Shown piece after piece: positions 48,132 through 60,454 of a stretch of 64,000 bases of DNA (the stretch's first letter is position 1; each line of letters opens with the position of its first letter). The translations under genes were made by a program, and so were the position numbers. The notes below the pieces were generated by a model. It searched no databases. It saw only the letters and a list, made by a program, of their open reading frames with translations, and was not told the origin of the DNA. Source of the stretch: Paraspadella gotoi (Eukaryota > Animalia > Chaetognatha); NCBI GenBank assembly GCA_051294375.1, contig CM119265.1:11657818-11721817 (forward strand), in the 5' to 3' direction.

Positions 48132-51100
48132 TCAGCGCCTCATTTTTGAGGAAAGCTTCGGTTCGGCATAATTCTTGTTGCTTCGGGCGCGGCGGCTTCC
48201 TCTTCCAGCCTCGTCCGGCGAAGATTCGACGACAACGACGTCGGACTCGCTCCCGCTGTTGGCAGTGACGTACCTGGAAGACGTCCGCTTTTTCGTGGTG
48301 GCCGCAGAGAGAAAGTCTTCGGCACCGGAGGAAACGGATTTGTTGCGCACTAAGGTCAAGACGGGTTCTGAAGCGGGTGTTGGATTGGTCATCGGTTTGG
48401 GCGCATGGAGGTGCGTGGCTGAAAAACATGTCAAGTCTTAGTCAGTGATTGCGTCACAACTTTTAGTCTATTTCAGTTAACAAAGGCCTAATATGTACAA
48501 ACATACAAAAAAAAAAAAAAAAAACCAGAAAAACATACCAACTGTTGAGAGAAAAACGTCGGAATCATTCAGATCATCCTTACACTCGCCTTTTGCCTCC
48601 GTCTTTTTCTTAGGCTTTATCCTCTTCGTCGTTTTCGAATCGATCGTGAAGGTGACGTCTTCGTCACTCGGTTTTCCTTTGGTCTTTTTCTCCTTCGTCT
48701 CGAGCGCGTCGTCCGAATCGTCGGTGTCTTGGTAGACGACGGACTTTTTGTGACGGCGTTTTCTTGGAGACTCGGCCTTTCTAAACTCGTCGGTGGCGAG
48801 TGAAAGAAAATCTTCCTCCTGAGAGTCGGCGTCTTTGGTCGCTCCGCGCGAGGGCAAGCGGACCGGGGCTTCCTTTGCCGCCTTGGAAATCTCAGGGTCG
48901 CGATGAGAATTTGATGTCTGCAGCGGATGCTTCTGAGACTGTTGCTGTTGTTTCTTTTCTTTAAACTCTTGCAACGAAGGAACGTGCGAGTTATCGAGGA
49001 AAGAAAGATCTTCGCCAAAGCGAGCTGTGGCGTCAAAGGCGGCGTATTCGCGTGGTTTGGCTTTGGCTTTGGCGTCTGAAGAAAAAAAAATTCCATTACT
49101 TTCTACTTACTTTCTCTCATTTATTGTCCAGAGTAACTCACCGGCAGAGGCCCGGATTTCATCCTCAGCCGCCTTGCTCATTTTTCGCTTCTTGGATCTC
49201 CCCGTCGTCTTAGATTTTTGTCCGACGACCATCTTCTTGTAAATCTCTATGTCGACTTCCCCAGGTTTCGTCGATCCCGTTTTCGCCGTCGCCTTTATCT
49301 TTCCACCCTCTTTCCTCTTGGGTTCAGTCTTGGCGGGAGCAGGTTTTTGCGACGGCGCGGATTCGGGCATCGTGCTCTCGCTCCTGTCTAACTTTTTCTC
49401 CGCAGAGATCTCGGAAGATCTGCTCGAGCGGGCGAAAAAAGCCTTTGAGCCGGAGGCGGTGGCGACAGGGGGCGAAATTTCGTCTTGAGTCTGACGAGCC
49501 AGCGGCGAATCGACACGATGAAAAGCGGGATCGATGTGTAGCGCCGCATTAGAGAGCGACCGGTTACCCGAACTTGTCTTGACTGGCTCCTCCTCGGGCG
49601 GAGTGGGGTTGAGACGGATAAAACTGCTGCGACGCTGATCCGTAAGGGTTGGAACCAAAAATGCGACGTCAGACTGTGACGGAGCCATTTTCCCGATCGG
49701 CGACTCTGTTCCGGGAGCCGACTCTGTCAGTTCCATGTCGTCGGGTTCGGTATTGGTCGCATCGGCAGCCGCGACGCCATCGCCAAGATCAAAGAAGAGG
49801 TCGATAGCCTTAAAAAAAAAATATCTCAGGACGACGTTCAGTTTTAAAATTAGACGATCGGGGCTCAACTTACCTTCTGCGCCTCGTTTTTATCGTCCAA
49901 TTCGAAATCGGACAACACCGGGGATTCGAGAGCCTTGTTCAACAAATCGGGCGAGGAAGTTTGCAAGGATGGAGTCTCGAGATCAGTCATGGATCTGGTT
50001 GACTTACTAATTAAAAAAAAAAAGATCGTTGATCAGTTATTGTTTATTTGTTATGAAACAAACGAAGAAACCAGGTGACTGGTGACTTACTTATGAGGAG
50101 TCCCAGATTCTTCGCTTTGAAGCTGCATCACGCGCGGAGATCGAGCGAAAACTCCGGATCCGAGACCGGAAGGAGACAGTCTGCGGTTCGGGGGGTTGAT
50201 GACGAAAGGATTATTAAAGTTCTCCCCCCTCCCCTCAAAAAAATATTTATCTAACATAATAGACTCGCGTCGAGAGTTTCTGCTGCCGCTTCGGGAGCGC
50301 CGCGCGCCATCTTCATTGCCTCCGCTCTCTCGTTTTTGCTGCTGCTGCTGCAGCGGCTGGGATAAGATGGATGAACGGTTCGGCACCGAAGAGCTTTGCC
50401 TGCGAAAAACTACGGAAGAGCACCGTTTCGTTTCTTCTTCCTCCATGACCTTGAGTAAAGAGACGAATTTTTAAAAAAAATTATGATTAACTTGCTCATT
50501 CACATCTACCGATTTACCTGCGACAACTTGGGCGGGGCGACGGAGCCTTCTGCCACCGCCAAACGATCAGCCTCAGAGGTGGCGGCCATTCCAGTTTCGA
50601 CGCTCTCTTCCCAAGGGAGCTTGAGACGGCGCTGAGTTGGAGGATCCGTCTTGTCTTTGATGATTTGCTGAAGGCGAGAGACGTCGTGGTGCAGCGTCGA
50701 TGCGTTTAAGGGATGCAAGATCGATGGCATCGCTGACGAAGAGAGAAAATCAACGTCATCCTCGAGGGCGAGCTGAACGGAGAAAAAAAGGAGGCGAGGG
50801 AAATAGTAAGTATATTGTATAAGACTAGTTTTCTGGGTTTTCGATGTCCTACCATGATGGAAAAAAAATTGTCGCGGTTTGGAAAAGTCAGTTAATTTCA
50901 TTGTCAAATATATTTTTTGGCCGGTAAATATATTTTAATATGTAATATGACCTCCTTAGGACTGAATAAAAAGATTATTTCTCAATAGCATAAAATTATT
51001 AATACTTTTAATACTTCCAAGAGGTTGTCTTGTGGCGGTATATTCAGACCGCCTATTTTTGATCAAGAAGACTATCAGATTTAGGGTAAAAAATGGTCCT

Positions 51101-51643
51101 TGTTACATAATGTGATGATATATTGTCTTTCATTTTAACAATTTTTTTTTTAACCTGTCTGATATTTTGTTCTAATAATACATCCAGAGTAGGGTGAAAT
51201 AAACGTTTGAAATCAAAATTCAGCAGTTACATCTTGAAAACTATCATATTAGTGAATACTAATCTGTAATTATTTTTTTTTTACAAATAGAGTAGCCCAA
51301 TCAGCTTATTTTGTATATAGTACTACCTTTATATAATGTCAAAATTTTCAAAATTTTTTTTTTTAAATTTTTAGAACAGATTCAGATTCCTCGTTAAAAG
51401 TTGATAATAGAAAATATAAATCTTTTTTAAAAATTATGTTATTAAATAGATAAAATTTATAAAAAAATATATTTTTAAACTAGAAATTAAAAATTGGCGT
51501 CTTTACATTTTTGACCAACTTAATGAAAGAATTTTTAAAAAAGAATTATACTTTCTTATATTAACTTTTTGCAAGGAATCTAAATCCGATCTTAAAATTT
51601 AAAAATTTGCATTTTGAAATTTTAGTTATTATATACTTATATA

Positions 51644-51681
<38 letters not shown>

Positions 51682-54600
51682 CCTACAGATGCCCACTAAT
51701 ATATAAAATTAAAAAATAAATTTACTAAAGTATTTTTATTGGTTTTTATTTTTATGTTTTATTTGCTAAATTTTAATTTCCTAAAGTTTAATCATTTTCA
51801 CATCACTCTAATCCAAAGGTAAATAAAAAGTATAACTTTGCTCATAGAAAGGTTACCCAGAGCATTATAACTTCTATTGATACTTTACAATATAAAAAGA
51901 ATATTCTGGAACATCTACAGCATTAATAAATTTTTAATTATTATTATTATTTTATGATTATTTTTTTGACATATGAATTAAGAATTATCCCTGAATCTAT
52001 CCTAATGGAGATGATGCAATAACTATTTGACATAAAATAAGAGAAATAATAACGGTTTAATTCAAAAAATAATAAAAAAGAACCGGTAATTAATATAAAT
52101 AAAAAGTGTAAATATGAAAAAGTTTAAAAAAAGAAATAATTTTTTTAGACAACTCATTTTCTTTTGCATGGAACTTTCCAAACTTTCTCGATATGCAAGT
52201 TATTTTTCGATTCTCACATTGTGATTAAACTTTCTTTCGTTGTGTTTTGAGTTGAGATTAAAGACGAAGTCTTGTTACATCTATTTGTTATCTATATGTT
52301 ACATTTATTTTATGGTACAGACAAGTTTCGGCTTTCATTCAAGCCTTCATCAGTGCTTTGACAATTCACAATTTTCATGTTTTCCAAATTGACTTTGAGA
52401 GAGAGAGAGAGAGAAAAGAAATGGTCAACAAAGATGTGAGACAGGACAGTGGTGAAATGACTCTCTCTCTCTATTTCTCTCTCACTCTCTCGCAAAGTCA
52501 ATTTGGAAAACATGAAAATTGTGAATTGTCAAAGCACTGATGAAGGCTTGAATGAAAGCCGAAACTTGTCTGTACCATAAAATAAAATCGTTGATGTAAC
52601 AAGACTTCGTCTTTAATGATTCTCACATTAAAATTCCGAAAAATAGCTGGAAAGTAACCGCGACAATTTTTTTTTTCCATCATGGTACCTGCAAATTGAG
52701 TTGTGCATCTTGCAGTTTTTCGAGGAATTGTCCCAACATTTCTTTGTGATCTGATGTAAGCTTGGCCGCGTTTCCTATCAAGTCGTTCAATTTAACCACG
52801 CGATCGCAATTGTCTCCAAAAAAAGAAACCCAAGGTTCGAAGTCGGCCTGAGAAATAAAAAACAAAATGTAGTAATACTTTACTTTAGTTTTTTAAATCA
52901 GTACTTGAAGCTTGGAGAAATTCTCGTTGACGAACGTGACGCTGCAAAGAAGTTTGGTCAACATTTCATTGCTCAAGATCATCGCGACGTCCTTCAGAGC
53001 TCCGTTGTGAGAAGACAAGGCCTTTTCCACGCGCTTCTTGACCAAAACACGAACCTCGTCGTCTTTGTGACCTTGAAAAAGAATAACGAATTGATGCGAT
53101 GTGTAGGACTAAGCTCTGACGAAAAAAGCCAATATAGAATGATGGCAATATTGCTATTGTTAAGTTTCCAAAAAAATCCGACCATAGATATAGAAAATAT
53201 TAACAAAAAACTTCGGAAAATCCACCACTTCTTTGGAAGATTTTCGCCATATTCTATGGCATAGAAGATTTTTCCCGAATCTGACTCCCGGTTGAAAACT
53301 CTTAGAATTCCGATCGTTAGCTCCTCTTTTACTTTTACTTTAAATAAAAATTTCACCAAAATGGACTAATTCACTTTACCATGATCGTATCATATTAAAA
53401 TAACCAAATAAAATATAAAGAAAAATTTTGAGAGCCCTTCAGCAAGAGGATTCCTGAATTTGACGTCATTTGTTGAACAGGAACATACCTCAGTCATGTT
53501 TATATCGTTTTCAAAGAAAAAAATCCCTTTAATTTCTATATAAAATCAGAGATAGATAATTTTCTGATATCAAAATATTGATGGTTTGACAAGAGAGAAA
53601 AAATGCGAGCTCTTCAGATTAGATATGTCGCTCTGCGCTTAAAAAAAAATCCGAAAGAACGAACGCGGTTTCTGATAATTTTGTTTCCTTGCAATTTTTA
53701 CACCAGTAAGCGCAGTAAATATTACAAAACCAATGGATGATTTCTGAAACTGCAGTGTTGGGCTATCCAACGCCGCCCGGAACAAAGAAAATCCATAAAG
53801 GTTCTTGACTAAAAAATACTGAAAATAAACACGACGCTTAGTCTGAATTCGTTTTAAAATTTTTTTATTTTGCGGTATTTACTGTATAAGTCAAATATAC
53901 AGCGGTCATGCACTGATTCCGATTCTGTTGGGTTTAGCCTAACTCTTCAAGAACATAAAACAAAAATAAATTGACGTCATAGTAAGAAATAATAGCAATT
54001 AATCAATTTTTTTTCTCAAAATTTGGTTATCATTTTTGTTCTTCCTTACGTTTTTTGCCAACATGCCCTTAAAAATTATAAAATAAAGATTAGCTAATGA
54101 AACTACAATGTCTTAGGTACATTTTGTGCCGGCAACACAAAGAAAATTCATTGATTTTATAGTATCAATATGGAGCCTCTGAAATAACTCATTTTCTCTT
54201 TGCAATTTACCCCTCTCTCGCTCTAGCTCTCGTATTGCAATAAAAAAATCAAAACAACATATTAGCTTCTTGAACCCCTAACTCAGCTACAAGCTCGCAT
54301 ACTATACGGCCTTGCGAATCTTATACCGAATGGTATGAGAAGATCTGTAGTGTTTTTTTATAAAAAAAAAGTGTGATTATATTAAATTATACCTCAGATG
54401 GCCCATGATTGCCAAAGGTTTTCCCAATTGCACCTGAAAGACTAAACAAAAACTTAGCAAATGATAGATAATACAGTCGTTTAGCCCTATGTCAGCTCGT
54501 TTTAAATCACCGGAACAAAAGTTTGAAACTCCCTAAATTTCATATTCAAAGTCATACTCTTTTTCAACCGGTTCCTACTATGGAATTTTTTTATAATTTT

Positions 54601-57600
54601 TTTGTTTTTCAACAAAATGATAAATTCATTATCCTTAGTATATTATATAACATTTGAAGTATAGAAAATCTTTTTGTTAATATCAGAAACATAATTCCAA
54701 TCTATTCTTCTTTCAGACATCTACATTTATTTATTATTTTTTAATTATGCCAAGTGTATTTATTTAATTTCAAAAGTTGTTATACTTTTGACTAAGATTC
54801 CGATCCAGATTTTTAAAAAAATCCCTTTGAAACATTTGAGAAACATATTATTGGAAAAGATGCCCCATTAATTATGGCCTTTAATATGATACCAGTCTTC
54901 ATCGTTCTATCATTTTTGGTCAAAAGATAAAGAAAATCAATTTTTTTATACCAATGAAGTCACTCGGCTTGAAGCTAAAAATTTAAAGTGAACAAAAAGA
55001 AAATTTAATGACGAGATTTGTTTTAAAAATTGGGCGTGGAAAATGACCATTTTTTGTAAATTATTTTTCAACGCCGTGGGTCGATTGATTTGAAATGTTC
55101 ACATCAACAATATTGACATCATTTCCTATCAGTAAATGTAAAAATATTTAAAAAACATTTATAAACGACCAGGTAAACTTGCCTATCTATAGATGCAACA
55201 CTGTCGGGATCGAGTGTTTTTACTAGAGTTCCGATAACCGTTAATTTTTTTAGGAAATTCGCTTAACCGTTTAAAACGAACATTTTTTAACGGTTAACCG
55301 TTAAGATCGCGTTTAATTTTATAATTTAACCTTAAATTTAAAATATATAAGATTTAAAACAAACTTAAGTATTTAATGGTATTTTCTCTTTACTCTGCTC
55401 TTGAATGCGCTGATAAAGACTTGAAACAGAGTCGAAACATGTCTGTTTTTTTATGTCAAATAAAATTGTTGTTTGTAACAAAACAAAATATTTTTGCTAA
55501 TCTCATAACACAACGAAACGAAAGGATACACAAAATTCTAATTCTATATTTTGTTTCTCTTTCTCTCTTTTGCTTTCTCTTTTCTTTCTCTACTTCTTTC
55601 TTTCCTCATTATTTTTGTAGTTTGTTAGTTTCTTAAACGCTTGTTTTTGTGTAGTCTTTTTATAAACTATGACCAATGGCCATTGACCACTAAATATAAA
55701 TATGAATTTATAATCATGAGTAGACTGGTGATTTATCAATTGATCAAAATATTTATGATTAATAAAATATATTTTTCAGTTTAATAAAAGTATATCATCA
55801 TTATTCTTATTTATGTCTTTTTTAAGATTCGTTTCCTTCTCTATTAATTTTTAAATTTTTTAAATAATTTTTTATTTTGGTTTTTATTCTTTTTTCATTC
55901 ATTCTGTTTTTTATTTCATTCTGCTTCTGTTTAATTTTAAAGGGGAAAGAAAAGAGATGAAAAAGTAAAAATAAGAGGGTTATTTATTTTTAGCTAAATT
56001 GTATATATATTATTGCATGAAATGAGCAAAAAAAAAGGAAAAGGTAAATGCAAAGGGCGAAAAAAGGATGAAAAAGAAAGGGGAAAGAAAAAGGGGAAAA
56101 GTGAAAAAGAGAAAGAAAGGAACAGGAGGAGATAAATAAAGGGGAAGAAACAATAAGAGAGAGATGAGGATAGAAAAAAAAGAAGAAAATAACAAGGGAA
56201 AAAAGCAGGGAAAAATTGGAGAAGAGAGAGAGGGGACCTCTCTCAGAGGGGTAAAAATATGGTGAGAAGGGGAGAGGAGAATAAGAGAGAACAGAAAAAA
56301 AATATTTTTTTTTAAATTTAAAGATTTCATACCAAAAAATGAAAAAAATCACATTTGAAAATTAACCGAATTTAACCGTTAAAATAAATATATTAACGGT
56401 TAAGTTAAAATTATTTTTAACCGTTAATAACCGTTAACAGTTAACGGTTATCGGAACACTAGTTTTTACATCTATTTTTTACTGGAATTTTCCCCAGGGG
56501 CGTTTATAAAGTTTAGTAGTCAGATTCGAAAGAAAATCTCTGTTGAAAAAATCTTCCTTAACTTCTAAGAGGCTCCACGTACGATCGACGTCCTTTAGAT
56601 AACGATTTCTGAGACTTAAATAATTACCCATCTCTTTTGATCTCAGTGATAAGTATGAAGTTTTCTTTATTAAAAAAACGGTTTGCTATGGTTATCTCCA
56701 TTCTTTATTACCTAGTACTGTTCAGTTAAATTTCTATGAGTTAAAAATACGGTAAGAACATGATTTCTTTGGAGATTATTAATCTAAAATCCCATTAACA
56801 ACCTAATTTGAGATGAAGTATGATGATGAATTTATCGGTACCAACAACTTTTAAAGATCCAAATTCCTCCTTTTAATTTTGTGCTTTATTTACACAAAAC
56901 ATTTTCAGACAAGATGCCACATTATCTGATACATTTTTTCCCCTTTCATACCGTTTCCTGATTCTCTTTCTTCATCTCTTTTTCTCTGTGTTTCTATTTT
57001 TATCTTCCTCTTTCCTCCCCTACTTTTCACGCCGCGAAACTTACCTTTTCTATGACCCTTACCTTCTCTGCCACTATTTCACTTTCCTTATCCTTTTTAT
57101 TTGCCTTCTCTCCTTATCTTTCTTTTCCCCTTTCCCCCTCTTGTTTCTTTCCATTTTTCCCTTCTTTTTCCGCCTTTCCTTTTATTCCTTATTTTTTTCT
57201 TCCTTTGCCTTCTTTTTATGCTTTTCCCATTTCTCTCTCATTCTCCCCTTCTCCTTTTCTTGTTTCTCTTTCCTGTTCCCTCCCACTACTTTTCTGCCTT
57301 TACATTGAGACCAAATCAAAGAAATTTCTTATTATCCTTTATACAGACAAAGAAATTTACGGTATCTCTCATGATTTTTCTTTCAATTTTGGCTTGCCTG
57401 GCAAATTTAGTAAATCGACAGATTTTTGCGAAATATTTCCGCAAAATCTTGTCGATTCGAGAAAAAAACAAGTCTCGACGCTTTCCATTGGTTTTAAAGG
57501 ATGCGGTTTTTTTTTGTTTTATTAACGTCAGTATGTTCCCCTCAACTGTTTAAAACTATAAATAAATTTAAAATCTTATCTTTATTAAAAATAAATGGCA

Positions 57601-60454
57601 AGTCACAAAAAGTCACAAATTAATTGTCGTCTTTAAAAATATTTATGGCTAAACGAAATGAGTTTTTTTGATAATTTTGTAGGTGTTAAAAGCTTATTCT
57701 GTGCCTATATTTTCTGTTAGTTTAAGCCAATTTAAACTATTTTTGTTTAATAAATTATAATAAAAACTAAAACTGCGACTTTTTGACTTGTCAACTTTCA
57801 AATTAATATTCATAAGTGAACTATGAATGCATATAGGAAAATATTTTACTCAGGGTGAAGAAGATAAGGAAGAAAGGAATTCCAAAATAAAAAAAATTCT
57901 TCTCAACTTTCCTTGGCATTCAAATTTGAAGACGAAAGTGAAAATGGACAAAAATGGACATGAATTTTTTTTCATAAAAGTTGCAAAAATGTTACTCTTA
58001 TATAGGAGTCGACGTCGTTTTAGAGATCGAGGAAGATTTTTTCAATGGAGATTTTCGTTCAAATCTGCCTACAAAACATATAAAACGGTCTCTCGTGAAA
58101 AGTTCCGACAAAACATTGATGTTAAAAGACTCGATTCAGAGTCCTGTTGCATCTGAAGGGCTCGCATTTTTTGAAAGGGTTGATTGACTTGACTTAATGA
58201 TTGAAATTTTTTGGGTTTATTTTACTGCCGCCCATACCAAGACATAAAAGGTCTTGATTTCAAGTCACATGTCCAGATTATCTGTACCTTTCATGCACCA
58301 GCATTCCGAACTTTTCTTTTTTTCCCTTTCAAATGTATTAAATAAAAAAAATTATTTGAAAAGAACGAGTTGCATGGACGATGCCATTGGTAGTCTTAGT
58401 TACCCCTGTTCCAGATCAAATTTTTACGAGGTTTTTCCTTCTATTTCAAACATAACACTAACTTATTGGTACTAAAATTTCTTATTTTTCAATTTCTATT
58501 TTGTGTAATCAGAGAAACATTTAGCGTACTCTAAAACTTGGTAAAAAAAGGTAAAATGTTCTGCCAAATTTAAAAATCGATGAGGAATCTACTATAATAT
58601 TCTTTTATTCCCTGGACATGTCACTACCACAAACATGAACAATTTCTTGACTAATTGCCAAGTATTGAAACAAAGCTATCATAGCCGCATTTTATAAAGG
58701 TTTTAAAAAGTAGTGTTTTTTTTATTTTTTACCACTTTGAAATGAATTATCTCAGCTTTGGGACATTAAATTTGGTAAAAAATATTATATATTTAGAATC
58801 CTCGAGTTGCCCTCTTTCAATGATGCCCACATTGAAAAAGTTAGCAGAATGCTTTATTAAAATTATTAAAATTTTAATAATATTTAAAAAATATTAAAAA
58901 TATTTAAAATTTATTAAAATTAAGGTTTGATGTATATTTGTTAAAGTTGATGAATATACTATCGTCAAACCAAAAATTTTAAAAAATGGATACTTTAGTA
59001 AAAAAAATTGAAAAATGATAAATGCAACAATATGCAAATGAGAGTTTTAAAAATGTTTGAGAAAAATTTTTTGCTTTAGGGTTTTTTGAATATGGTTTAA
59101 CTGGTTTATAGGCAAAGAATAACAATATTTGCATTAATATTTTAGCAGGATTGACCATTGAATTTTGTAAAAAAAATTTGGCCTGTGCCAAAAGTTTTAA
59201 AATGATGAAATTATATATGCAATGCAGGACTACCCAAGGCCACTTATTATACTAAATTTAAAACCATAATATTCACAAATAAGAAGTTATGCATCATTGA
59301 AAAAAAGACCCATCCAAAATATCAGCACTGATAAAAATGGCAAAAAATTTTTTATAGTAACAATATTCTACAGAAGTTTACAAACCCTCTTGAGTACAAG
59401 TTAGCAAAATTTAAGAAAAAATTTCAAAATATATTAGAGCTATGCAAGTTTTTAACCAAATTTTGACCCAATTTTTAAGAGGTTTAGGATTATTTATTTG
59501 AAAAATTGCTAAATGGGCAATAGCCAGACATCCAGACAACTTCCTATAAAATCCTAAAGCCATTTATCCTATAAATGGAAAAGTTATTACATGTACAGAC
59601 TTACGACATTCTAGGTTTCCGGTACTGTAATAAAATAAGAGGGATTTCTCAACTTCATTACAATATAAACGCATTTAAGGCAGTGTTGTGATTTTACATA
59701 AACTTCGAATTCAGGAATCCAATAGCCATATGTCTGAAGGGCTCTCAAAATTTTTCTTTACATTTTATTTAGTTATTTTAATATGAAACGATCATGGTAA
59801 AGTGAATTAGTCCATTTTGGTGAAATTTTATTTAAAGTAAAAGTAAAAGAGAGCTTACGATCGGAATTCTAAGAGTTTTCAACCGGGAGTCAGATTCCGG
59901 AATATTCTTCTATTGGCGAAAATCTTCCAAAGAAGGGGTGGATTTCCGAAAGATTTTGGTTAAATTTCTATATTTATGATCGGATTTTTTTGAAACTTAA
60001 CAATAGCAATATTGCCATCATTCTACATTGGCCGGTAAAGAATATATTAAAAAAACCTCTGGCTTTTTCGTCAGAACTTAGCTATCTTATATGATTAGAA
60101 ATAGCTGGAGATGGTTTTAACTAATCCGTATTTGGCCTATTTATATTATGGGCAATTTAAATTTTATTTGTTTAATAGTAACTGAACAATACTGGAAAAA
60201 ACTAGTTTTTTATCTGAATGCGAGGATTGTAAGCAGAGGCAAGAGTGACAGTCTCCTACGATGTGGCAAAGAGAAGGAAGACAAACAGAGCCCTTAGATG
60301 ACTGACCTGTGAGTTGCCTGAGCCGAACGATTTCGTCCTGCATGTCCTGACGTTCTTGAGAATAGTTGTCGATGAGCATCCGGGTGTCAGTCTTGAGCCG
60401 ATTTAACTCTTGCGCCAATCGTCGGTTGTTTTCGCGAAGCTGTCGAGGGTCCAT
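48132..60454 (-). CDS. Shugoshin-like centromeric cohesion protector (exons ~60454-60307, 53071-52905, 52847-52689, 50772-50518, 50449-50091, ~50006-49874, ~49808-49142, 49075-48539, 48418-48132)
   Basis: N-terminal coiled coil (LRENNRRLAQELNRLK, with the shugoshin N..LA..L pattern), a long low-complexity middle, and a C-terminal SGO basic box RRARSNKNYAEPKLSSKMRR*. Phases fit at all junctions except around 49800-50090. Confidence 0.8.
52317..52356 (-). ncRNA. Minimal hammerhead ribozyme, identical inverted copy of 52534-52573
   Basis: Exact reverse complement of the plus-strand motif. Confidence 0.8.
52534..52573 (+). ncRNA. Minimal hammerhead ribozyme, intact core
   Basis: GCA CTGATGA a GGCTT gaatga AAGCC GAAA CTTG TC TGT. 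Confidence 0.8.
53105..53640. repeat. Dispersed repeat family with internal subrepeats; inverted copies at ~57975-58170 and 59640-60080, direct copy at 62185-63385
   Basis: Shared blocks TAGAATGATGGCAATATTG, AATTTCACCAAAATGGACTAATTCACTTT, GAGCCCTTCAGA. Confidence 0.8.
55224..56461. mobile_element. hAT-type MITE
   Basis: TIR TAG(A/T)GTTCCGATAACCGTTAA, 8-bp TSD GTTTTTAC (55216-55223, 56462-56469), subterminal TTAACCG/CGGTTAA repeats. A related motif array lies at ~2025-2812. Confidence 0.85.
55407..55446 (+). ncRNA. Degenerate hammerhead motif (G8>A) in a solo pLTR fragment
   Basis: GCG CTGATAA a GACTT gaaaca GAGTC GAAA CATG TC TGT, followed by the CAACGAAACGAAAGGATACACAA tail at ~55511. Confidence 0.65.

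Larger units (their letters stand above)
52221..52617. mobile_element. Non-coding palindromic PLE-derived mini-element with two opposite-strand hammerheads and a 12-bp TSD, in a shugoshin intron
   Basis: Near-perfect inverted arms ~52257-52410 and ~52480-52617. GATTCTCACATT at 52209-52220 and 52618-52629. Confidence 0.88.

Noticed and set aside
54393-54433. 41-bp candidate shugoshin exon with AG/GT borders
   Set aside because: It would shift the frame; exon 60454-60307 already joins 53071 in phase.
55990-57553. Phe/Leu/Ser-rich membrane-protein-like ORFs
   Set aside because: Translations of polypurine/polypyrimidine low-complexity tracts.
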